From Celeribacter sp. (GTDB lineage: Bacteria > Pseudomonadota > Alphaproteobacteria > Rhodobacterales > Rhodobacteraceae): 64,000 nt of DNA. The stretch spans positions 202,016 through 266,015 of the forward strand of contig NZ_JBLWZO010000003.1 of NCBI RefSeq assembly GCF_048266405.1, read 5' to 3'. The position numbers were made by a program, and so were the translations under genes. The first letter of the stretch is position 1, and each line of letters begins with the position of its first letter. The notes beneath the pieces were generated by a model that was not told the origin of the DNA, did not search any database, and saw only the letters and a list, made by a program, of their open reading frames with translations. This document shows positions 56,413 through 64,000 of the stretch, piece after piece.

Positions 56413-59400
56413 TTAAGCCCCCGCGGGGTCCGTCACCTCGGCGTGGAGCCGCTTGGATGCGGCCCCAGGTGCGGAGCCCCACACGGCGATCCAGCGGTAG
56501 AAGATCGGCGTGAGGAACAGGGTGAACACGGTGGCAAAGCCGAGACCGCCAACGATCACCCAGCCCACAGCGATGCGAGCCTCGGCCCCTGCCCCAGAGG
56601 TCAGGATCAAGGGCAAGCCGCCAAAGACGGTCGAGACCATCGTCATCATCACGGGACGGATACGCAGACGCAGGGCATTGCGGATGGCGGTGTCGATGTC
56701 CTCGCCCGCCTCGCGCAACTGGTTGGCAAACTCCACAATCAGGATGCCGTTTTTCGCCATCACCCCGATCAGCATCACAAGACCGATCTGACTATAGTAG
56801 TTGAGCGATCCGCCTGTGATCGAAATCGCCAAGAGGGCAGCGGCAAGCCCGAAAGGCACCGTCAGCATGATGACCACCGCACTGGCGAAGCTCTCGAACT
56901 GCGCGGCAAGGACCAAGAGAACCACGAGCAACGCCACGCCAAAGACGGCATACATGCCCGCCGCCGTGTCATCCAAGGTCGCGGCCTCACCGGTGAAGGT
57001 GATGCTCATACCATCGGGCAAGACCTCCTCCGCGATCTCCAACAGGCGGTTCATTGCGGTTGACAGATCGACCCCTTCGCCGAGGTTGGCCTGCATCGAC
57101 ACCGCCATTGCCCCGCCCAAGCGCAGGATTTGCGCATCGCTGACCACGGTTTCGAGCGAGGCCACGGCGGAGAGCGGGATATAGGCACCGCTGTCCAGAC
57201 GGATCGACATGGAGGCAATATCGGAGGGGTCGTCAATGGGCGGACCACCGGGGACCACGTTGACGTCCACTTCGACATCATCGGAAAAGACGCTGACCGC
57301 GACAGTACCCTGCACCAAGGCGCGCACGAGACTGGTCACGTTCGAGCTGTCGAGCCCCATATCGCGTGCCGCAGCGGCGTCGACGGTCACTTCGAGTTGC
57401 GCATCGACGCTGTCGTTGGACAGTTGCGGGTTGAGGAAAATGTCGTCTTGGGCCATGGCCGCGACGAGGGTTTCACCCGCCTCGGTCATATTGGCAAGGT
57501 TCGTGCCCGTGATGGCAAAGCCAAGTCCGTTGCCCGCGCCGCGAATGTTGAGGCTGTTGGTCGAACGGGCGCTGACCTGGATGCCTGGAACGGAGGACAG
57601 TTGGCCGCTGATCTGGGAGATCAACTCCTGTTGGGTAAAGTCGCGTTCGGCCCAATCGGGCAGACGCACAACGATGAAGGCACTGGTGCCACCGCCGACA
57701 CCGATGATGCTTTGCACCGCCGCGATCTGGCCGTTTTCGATGTAGGGATCAAGGATCTCCTCGACCTGCATGACTTGTGTGTCGAGATAGTCCACGGTCG
57801 TGTCCGACGCACCGCGCGCAAAGATGAGGAAGAAGCCACGGTCCTCGGTGGGTGTCACCGTCGAGGGCAGTTTCATCGCCGCGCCCCCTGCGATCAGGGC
57901 AAAGCCGAGCGCCACGGACAGGACGAGAAGCGGTGTGCGGATGGCAAAATCCATCACGCGGTCAAAAGCCCGTGACAGGGCGCTTGGTTTGGCCTCCTTT
58001 TTATCGGCCTGCGTCTTTCCCGGATCGAGCAAAGCCGCCAGAACAGGCGCGAGCGTCAGCGCCGTGATCGACGACAAAGTGACCGCGAAGGCCAGAACAA
58101 AGCCGAATTCGGAGAACACGCCCCCCGCCTGACCGGGGAGGAAGGAGATCGGGATAAACACAGCGGCAAGCGTGGCCGTGGTGGAAATCACGGCAAAAAA
58201 CACCTCGTTCGTGCCCGCAGCGGCAGCGGCAAAGGCCCCCATGCCCTCCTTGCGTTTACGCACGATATTCTCGATCACCACGATGGCGTCATCCACCACC
58301 ATCCCCGTCGCAAGAACAAGCGCCAAGAGGCTGATTGTATTGACGGAAAAGCCCGTGATCCAGATCGCCGCAAGCGTGCCGATCAAGGCCACGGGGATCG
58401 TGACCGCAGGGATCAGTGTGGCACGTGGAGAGCGCAGGAACAAAAAGATCACCGCCACCACGATCACGGTGGCCAACAGGATGGATTTCACCACCTCGTT
58501 GATCGACCCTTCGATAAAGATGCCGTCATCCGACGTCACCAAAAGCTGCACACCCTCCGGCAACTGACTGCGCAATTCTTCAACAGCAACGCCAACATCG
58601 CGCGAGATTTCGAGCGTGTTGCCAACGGATTGGCGGGTAATATCAAGGCTCACGGCCGTCTCGCCGTTCACGCGGGTGTAGACACTCGCGTCCTCGGGGA
58701 TCAGTTGGACAAAAGCCACATCGGCCACTTGGGTCGTGTCGTTGATAGGCAGTTGATTGATTGCGTCAACGGTGACCTCTTCGTTCCCGACCCGCAAAGA
58801 CAGGGTTTGTGAGTCCGAGGACAGAGAGCCCAAGGCGGTATCATCGCGCAGCTGCGCCAAGGCCGAAGAGACGTCAAAAATGGTCAGGCCACGACTGAGA
58901 AGCGAGGGCATGTTTACTGCCACACGGAACTCGTTGGCACGGTTGCCGCGCACGGTGACTTCGGCAATCCCGTCGATCAGGGACAGGCGCTCGTAAACCG
59001 CGCCTTCGGCAATCTGGGTCAACTCGTCAAAGCTGGCATCCCCCAACAGGGCAAGACGGATAATCGCGTCGGCATTGCTATCGGCCTTGCTCACGCTCGG
59101 GTCGTCAATATCGTCGGGCAAGGCCCGTAGGGTGTTGGAGACAATTTCACGCGCCTCGTTAGCGGCCACATCCACATCGGTGCCATCGGACAGGTCAATA
59201 GTGATACGGCTTGATCCCGTGCTGGAGGTCGACTCGATATAGGACATGCCTTCGAGAGCGCTGAGCGCATCCTCAAGGACTTGGGTCACTTCCGTGTCCA
59301 CCGTCGAGGGCACAGCCCCGTCATAGTTGGTCCGCACGGACAGCACAGGGCGGTCTACGTCGGGCATTTCGCGAATATCGACACTGGTCAGCGCCGCCAG

Positions 59401-59502
59401 ACCCGCGATGATAACAAGAAGGTTCAGAACAATGCCAAGGATCGGCCGCGCGACAAAAGTGTCTGCGAAACCGGCTTTGTGCGCCCGCTTTTCGATACTC
59501 AT
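56413..59502 (-). CDS. RND efflux transporter, inner-membrane permease (AcrB family)
   Basis: 1029 aa with 12-TM RND architecture and two large periplasmic loops. The N-terminus FVARPILGIVLNLLVIIAGLAAL is typical. Confidence 0.95.
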   Translation of the reverse strand: MSIEKRAHKAGFADTFVARPILGIVLNLLVIIAGLAALTSVDIREMPDVDRPVLSVRTNYDGAVPSTVDTEVTQVLEDALSALEGMSYIESTSSTGSSRITIDLSDGTDVDVAANEAREIVSNTLRALPDDIDDPSVSKADSNADAIIRLALLGDASFDELTQIAEGAVYERLSLIDGIAEVTVRGNRANEFRVAVNMPSLLSRGLTIFDVSSALAQLRDDTALGSLSSDSQTLSLRVGNEEVTVDAINQLPINDTTQVADVAFVQLIPEDASVYTRVNGETAVSLDITRQSVGNTLEISRDVGVAVEELRSQLPEGVQLLVTSDDGIFIEGSINEVVKSILLATVIVVAVIFLFLRSPRATLIPAVTIPVALIGTLAAIWITGFSVNTISLLALVLATGMVVDDAIVVIENIVRKRKEGMGAFAAAAAGTNEVFFAVISTTATLAAVFIPISFLPGQAGGVFSEFGFVLAFAVTLSSITALTLAPVLAALLDPGKTQADKKEAKPSALSRAFDRVMDFAIRTPLLVLSVALGFALIAGGAAMKLPSTVTPTEDRGFFLIFARGASDTTVDYLDTQVMQVEEILDPYIENGQIAAVQSIIGVGGGTSAFIVVRLPDWAERDFTQQELISQISGQLSSVPGIQVSARSTNSLNIRGAGNGLGFAITGTNLANMTEAGETLVAAMAQDDIFLNPQLSNDSVDAQLEVTVDAAAARDMGLDSSNVTSLVRALVQGTVAVSVFSDDVEVDVNVVPGGPPIDDPSDIASMSIRLDSGAYIPLSAVASLETVVSDAQILRLGGAMAVSMQANLGEGVDLSTAMNRLLEIAEEVLPDGMSITFTGEAATLDDTAAGMYAVFGVALLVVLLVLAAQFESFASAVVIMLTVPFGLAAALLAISITGGSLNYYSQIGLVMLIGVMAKNGILIVEFANQLREAGEDIDTAIRNALRLRIRPVMMTMVSTVFGGLPLILTSGAGAEARIAVGWVIVGGLGFATVFTLFLTPIFYRWIAVWGSAPGAASKRLHAEVTDPAGA

Positions 59503-60632
59503 GCGCCACGACCCTCATTGGAATCTGCCGAGGTGACTTGCGCCCCATCCCGCAGTTTTGCGGCGCCCTCGGTCACAACTTGCGTCCCCACAGGAACCTC
59601 CGTTTCGATCCAGACCTGATCGCCGTCGCGGTAGCGGATGGTGACGGGAACACGACGCGCACGCCCCTCCTCGGCCACCCAGATCCCCGCGCCTGAGCGG
59701 TCCCATGTGATCGCGGTGGACGGCACAACGGGCAAGGGGTCGGTTTCTTCGGTCATGCGGATCGCAAAGGTCATGCCAGACAGCAGCACACCCTCGGAAT
59801 TGTCGATCTCGGCCTGCACCGTGGCGCTGCGGGTGACGCTATCAAGGCGACTGTCGAAGGCGGTGATCTTCCCTTCGAACACGCGACCTGTGTAGGTGGG
59901 GGTTGTCACGAACACGGGCTTGCCCTCGGACAACAGGCCGATGGAGCGCTCTGGCACCTCGAAGGTCGCCAAAAGTGTTGTTGAGTCATCAATCGTCACA
60001 ATGGTGTCGCCGTTGGACAGGCGGTCACCGACATTCACGTCGCTCAACCCGAGATGGCCCGAGATCGGCGCAACAATGGTCCGGTCAGAAAACGCAACCT
60101 CGGCCAGACCCACATTTGCTTCGGCCAGTCGTAGCGCCACTTCGGCCTCGGAATAGGCCACATCCGTGACGACGGTGTTGCCATTCTTGCGCAGCCCATC
60201 GTAGCGCGTGACCGTGGCCTGCGCCTGATCGCGGTTGGCTTGTGCAATCTCGAGCGACAGTCGTTCGGTCCGATCATCAAGGCGGAGAAGAACCTCGCCC
60301 TTTTCGACCATCTTGTTGGCCCGCAAGAACGATTCAACGACCTCTCCCGTTTCCGTTGCGACGACATCGGCGCTGCGCAGGGACTCTGCGCCACCGATAG
60401 TGCGCAAAACGAGCGTGTAATTGCGTTCCTCAAGCGGCGCGAGAACAACAGTTGTCGTACGCCCCTGCCCGCGCGGACCACCTGCCCCGCCAGGTCCACC
60501 CCGCGGCGTGGCGGCTGCCTCTTCAGAGGCGCTGCCCAACATCTGTGCGACCTGAGCGGGCACTCCAAATGCAATCACGTAAGCGCCCGCAAGAACACCC
60601 ACCGAAAGGATGACGACAATTAACTTTTTCAA
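59499..60632 (-). CDS. RND efflux periplasmic adaptor (membrane fusion protein)
   Basis: 377 aa with a TTG start and AGGAAG RBS, a signal/anchor, and lipoyl, coiled-coil and beta-barrel pattern. Overlaps the RND gene by 4 nt. Confidence 0.9.
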   Translation of the reverse strand: MKKLIVVILSVGVLAGAYVIAFGVPAQVAQMLGSASEEAAATPRGGPGGAGGPRGQGRTTTVVLAPLEERNYTLVLRTIGGAESLRSADVVATETGEVVESFLRANKMVEKGEVLLRLDDRTERLSLEIAQANRDQAQATVTRYDGLRKNGNTVVTDVAYSEAEVALRLAEANVGLAEVAFSDRTIVAPISGHLGLSDVNVGDRLSNGDTIVTIDDSTTLLATFEVPERSIGLLSEGKPVFVTTPTYTGRVFEGKITAFDSRLDSVTRSATVQAEIDNSEGVLLSGMTFAIRMTEETDPLPVVPSTAITWDRSGAGIWVAEEGRARRVPVTIRYRDGDQVWIETEVPVGTQVVTEGAAKLRDGAQVTSADSNEGRGA

Positions 60633-60949
60633 ATTCTTCCTAGCTCCTGTAGCCGCGCAGTCCCGAAGGACAGGTCCGCGAAACGTCTGTCATTTTATGA
60701 TATGTTGCAACAGATCATCGGTCCAAACGTCCAAGCCGCGTGGCAAAAAGCACGTGTCGGGGTGCCCTTGCGGTGGCGGCATATCTAGCTGGGATATGGA
60801 TCATGACGAAAATCTGCCTGTTGTGCGTATTCGTCTTTATACGCATGCGGCTCAGGGTTCCGTCGCAGGGATCGTAACTTTTTTCGGGCAAGCGCCGCGC
60901 GGCTGTTCGCCCTTGTCCCGCGCGGCTTGCGTCAGCACAAAGCGGGCGT

Positions 60950-61498
60950 TTAGCGCGTAGCCTCTTTCCATGTGATCGGGGTCACATAGACGATGCCGTC
61001 CCCCGCGCTGACCATCACGTCGCCGTCCTGAATATTGACCTGCAACTGCATCGAGCGGTGCGCCAATGCCGCAAGGGCCTCTGTGTCGGTCTGTGAGAAA
61101 TTTGTGACCTGAAGATTGTCAAACCGCGTGGTGCTGTTCTTGATCTTCTCCCACCACATCTCGGCGGTCTTGCCGCCGTAGCTGTAGACAGCCACCGCAT
61201 TGGCCTTGCCACAAGACTGGCGCACGAGTTTCTCGCTCGGCTGCCCCAAGGCCACCCAAAGCTCCAACTCGTCGCTCAGGCTTTTCTGCCAGATGTCTGG
61301 CTCGTCATCCGTAGACAGCCCCTTGGTCATTTCCAGATGCTCATGAGCATTGAGCGCAAAGGCGAGCAGACGCACCATCAACCGCTCATCCGTCTCGGAC
61401 GGATGCTTGGCAACGGTCAGTTTATGGGTCTCGTAATAGTGACGGTCCATATCGGAGACGGACAGTTCAACTTTATAAATAGTGGCTTTTTGCGCCAT
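60950..61498 (-). CDS. yaeQ: YaeQ-family protein
   Basis: MAQKATIYKVELSVSDMDRHYYETHKLTVAKHPSETDERLMVRLLAFAL is the canonical YaeQ N-terminus. Start trimmed to Met34. Confidence 0.85.
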   Translation of the reverse strand: MAQKATIYKVELSVSDMDRHYYETHKLTVAKHPSETDERLMVRLLAFALNAHEHLEMTKGLSTDDEPDIWQKSLSDELELWVALGQPSEKLVRQSCGKANAVAVYSYGGKTAEMWWEKIKNSTTRFDNLQVTNFSQTDTEALAALAHRSMQLQVNIQDGDVMVSAGDGIVYVTPITWKEATR

Positions 61499-61696
61499 GA
61501 TGTTTTCCTGACTAACGAATACAGCCCTGCCTAATGGGTCTGATCGCGTTGTGAAAGCAGGAAAGCCCAAAGCACGGGGAACGCCCCGCAAGAGCAAACA
61601 GATCCGGTGCGAATAAGGCCTGCGACGAGCCGGCAGGCCATATCCGCCCCACCAACGCCTCTTAATGATAGTGCGTTGGCGGGCAGTATTTCATCA

Positions 61697-62839
61697 CTAA
61701 AGTGGCAAGTGTGGGTAGTCCAACTGTCGGTTTTGGAAGGACAGAACGCTCGGCTTCACGACGACGCCCGCATCGACATTCATCGCACGGCGAATTGTCT
61801 CGTTTCCGCTCCACGCGCTGCGCCCGTCGATCATCGTCTGCAGATACACAATGAGCGCCGCAGAGATTGAACGTGACGCGCTTTCCCACAGGTAGTTGGG
61901 CGTGTGGTCGACAGCATAATAGTCTGTTTTCCCGACCTTAAACATGGGCGCTTTAAAGGTTGTAGGCTTGGCAAAATAAAAGCCCATACCCTCGTCACAA
62001 CTCACATCCACGATCAAACCACCGGCTTTCAGGCAGGATTTTTCATCTTCCATGACGAAATCCAACGGATGATCTGTATCCTGATAGGTGCCGTTGACGA
62101 TAATATCCGCCTCGGAAATCAAGTCCGTCAGGGGGCGCTCGGAGCCGTCATGTTCGACGACCAGCATACGTGGTTCTCCCGCGCCACCTTCGCGAATGCG
62201 GACATATTCACAGTCCAGAACCTCCTCGCGCACCTCATGGTCAGGGCGTTGAATACAAATGGTAATATCGCGAAACCCGTGAGCTTTGAGCGCATAAATC
62301 GCCCCGCGGCTGACCGCGCCAAAGCTAAAGATAATGGTCTTGCGTTGATTGCCATAATGGCCATCAATGCCCCTGAGACGCAGCGCATGCAAAATCGCGC
62401 AATAGCCCGCCATTTCGTTGTTCTTATAGAACGTGTGCCGTCCGACTTGGCCCGTGGGGCTCCACACGAACATGTCTTCAAACGCAATCAGGGTTAGCTT
62501 GCGGTCAATCGCGACCTGCGTGATGGCGCGCTGTTGGGCGCAATGGGGATAGCCCCAAAGGATGCCACCCTCTTTGATCTCTTGCAGATCGCTCAACGTA
62601 GGTTTGGCGACGATAACATTGCCAATTTCAGACAAAAGCGCACTGCGCGGTGCGACACCGCCTGTTTGAGCGGAAATCTCGGCATCTGACAGACCAAATG
62701 GCTCGCCATATCCCTCTTCAAAAATCAGCTTTTTACGGCAGTTTTCTGACAGGCGGCGCAGGTGATCGGGATGAATTGGCACGCGCCGTTCATCCTCCTT
62801 CTTGGACGTCCCAATGACGCCAAAGGTAAGTTCGTTCAT
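61697..62839 (-). CDS. Alanine dehydrogenase/PNT-fold enzyme resembling N5-(carboxyethyl)ornithine synthase
   Basis: FGVIGTSKKEDERRVPIHPDHL N-terminus and a Rossmann segment IIFSFGAVSRGAIYALKAHG. The start is uncertain (Met54 chosen; Met41 at 62878 is possible). Confidence 0.65.
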   Translation of the reverse strand: MNELTFGVIGTSKKEDERRVPIHPDHLRRLSENCRKKLIFEEGYGEPFGLSDAEISAQTGGVAPRSALLSEIGNVIVAKPTLSDLQEIKEGGILWGYPHCAQQRAITQVAIDRKLTLIAFEDMFVWSPTGQVGRHTFYKNNEMAGYCAILHALRLRGIDGHYGNQRKTIIFSFGAVSRGAIYALKAHGFRDITICIQRPDHEVREEVLDCEYVRIREGGAGEPRMLVVEHDGSERPLTDLISEADIIVNGTYQDTDHPLDFVMEDEKSCLKAGGLIVDVSCDEGMGFYFAKPTTFKAPMFKVGKTDYYAVDHTPNYLWESASRSISAALIVYLQTMIDGRSAWSGNETIRRAMNVDAGVVVKPSVLSFQNRQLDYPHLPL

Positions 62840-63219
62840 ATTGTAGTCCAAATCTGGGGGCTTTCCCCCTGAAGTCATCGCATTTTTTTCGACGATGATC
62901 GTAGCCAACGATGGAAGGGCGTTATCCTTTGACACCCCGCGCGACCAAATACGACGCACCCGTAAAGATGCCCTCGAAGGATGCACGCAATCTTGCAATG
63001 TTGGCTATAGGTCCATGCAATAGGCGATTGCGTTGCAAATAGCAAACTGGGACAGATTTCCGAGATGCCCACGGTTTTCCTGTAGGGCTGCATCACAGAC
63101 AAGGCAGACCGAGGCGCACGTCCGATCCTGCGACGTTTTGGCAGGGCGGAGGGGAATTGAAGCGGGTTTGAAAGGGCTTAGGTATAAAGAGGTCCCAATA
63201 AACACATAAAGGAAAAATC

Positions 63220-64000
63220 ATGTCTATTCGTAAGGTTACGGTACTCGGCACTGGCGTTTTGGGCGCCCAAATCGCCTTTCAGACAGCCTATAGCGGATTT
63301 GATATCACCGCTTACGACATTGACGATGACAAGATCGCCTCAGCCCGCAAAACGATGGAAAAACTAGGTCAGGCCTATCTCAATGATCTGCCCGACGCGA
63401 CAGCGGACAGGATTACCGAAACAACTGCCCGCATCAGCTATGCCACCGACTTGGCACAGGCGGTGAAGCAGGCCGATCTGGTGATCGAAGCCATTCCGGA
63501 AATCCTTGACCTCAAGAACAAGGTCTATGCCGAGCTTGGCCGCGTCGCCCCGAGCGAGACGATTTTTGCCACCAATTCCTCAACCCTGCTCCCGTCCGAT
63601 ATGGCCGCGGCAACTGGGCGACCAGAGCGTTTCTTGGCGTTGCACTTTGCCAATAACATCTGGCTGCACAACACCGCCGAGGTTATGGGACACGCGAAAA
63701 CCGATCCGGCCATCTTTGACGAGATTGTGGGCTTTGCCAAAGAGATCGGCATGGTGCCAATTGAAGTCAAAAAAGAACAACCCGGCTATGTGCTCAATTC
63801 GCTGCTCGTCCCGTTCCTTCGCGCCGCCTCCGGCCTCTTGGTCAAGGGCATTGCAAGCGCCGAGGATATCGACAAGACGTGGAAAATCGGCACTGGCGCC
63901 CCCGCAGGCCCGTTTGAAATCTACGACACGGTTGGCCTGAACACGGCCTATAACGTGGCCATGACGGGCGACGACACACAAAAAGAGTTCGCCGCCTATA
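63220..64000 (+). CDS. 3-hydroxyacyl-CoA / 3-hydroxybutyryl-CoA dehydrogenase family protein, partial (runs off the right edge of the window)
   Basis: MSIRKVTVLGTGVLGAQIAFQTAYSGFDITAYD with Rossmann GxGxxG, and later LALHFANNIW and PGYVLNSLLVP motifs. RBS AAGGAAA. No stop before the window end. Confidence 0.85.
   Translation, partial: MSIRKVTVLGTGVLGAQIAFQTAYSGFDITAYDIDDDKIASARKTMEKLGQAYLNDLPDATADRITETTARISYATDLAQAVKQADLVIEAIPEILDLKNKVYAELGRVAPSETIFATNSSTLLPSDMAAATGRPERFLALHFANNIWLHNTAEVMGHAKTDPAIFDEIVGFAKEIGMVPIEVKKEQPGYVLNSLLVPFLRAASGLLVKGIASAEDIDKTWKIGTGAPAGPFEIYDTVGLNTAYNVAMTGDDTQKEFAAY

Noticed and set aside
60610-60960. 116-aa plus-strand ORF in the spacer between the RND adaptor gene and yaeQ
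   Set aside because: It has no RBS, overlaps both flanking gene ends, is rich in Cys/Arg/Ser, and spans two hairpins. It is unlikely to be coding.

Overview
About 60% GC and gene-dense, with roughly 60 CDS and very little non-coding DNA. Gene content and operon style suggest a chromosome or chromid of a marine alphaproteobacterium, possibly Rhodobacterales-like; the taxon is inference only. Modules from left to right: (1) A beta-glucoside module: partial sugar-binding protein, LacI-family regulator, GH1 beta-glucosidase and glucokinase. (2) A complete chemotaxis cluster in two convergent operons: STAS/CheS-like, cheY, cheA, cheW, cheR, cheY and an unknown ORF, facing a 1042-aa MCP, cheB and cheD. 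(3) A galactoside/galactose module: 2,5-dioxovalerate-type aldehyde dehydrogenase, GT61-like protein, GH42 beta-galactosidase, dgoA, dgoK, GH36 alpha-galactosidase, sugar ABC transporter and IclR regulator. (4) A hemolysin-III protein, then a YbbA/YbbP-type ABC exporter with a HlyD adaptor, followed by a YgiC/YgiB-like pair. (5) Urease ureDABCEFG convergent with the urea ABC transporter urtABCDE. (6) Heme uptake hmuRSTUV, hemP and exbB-exbD-exbD-tonB. (7) An RND efflux pair, yaeQ, a CEOS-like dehydrogenase and a partial 3-hydroxyacyl-CoA dehydrogenase. I saw no rRNA, tRNA, CRISPR array, integrase, transposase or phage genes. I did not find a convincing new multi-gene system, because nearly every ORF falls in a recognisable family. 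The unexplained items most worth follow-up are: a 131-aa helical protein translationally coupled to the second CheY; four helically phased GTCGGR repeats in the 580-bp urtA-hmuR spacer; a small ORF coupled to hemP and a Cys-containing secreted protein coupled to exbB; shared A/T-rich motifs in the heme control regions; a CGCC-N9-GGCG palindrome upstream of ureD; and the ABC exporter next to the YgiC/YgiB-like pair. Gene starts were trimmed from the longest ORFs by codon counting. Motif coordinates were read by eye and could be off by 1-2 nt.
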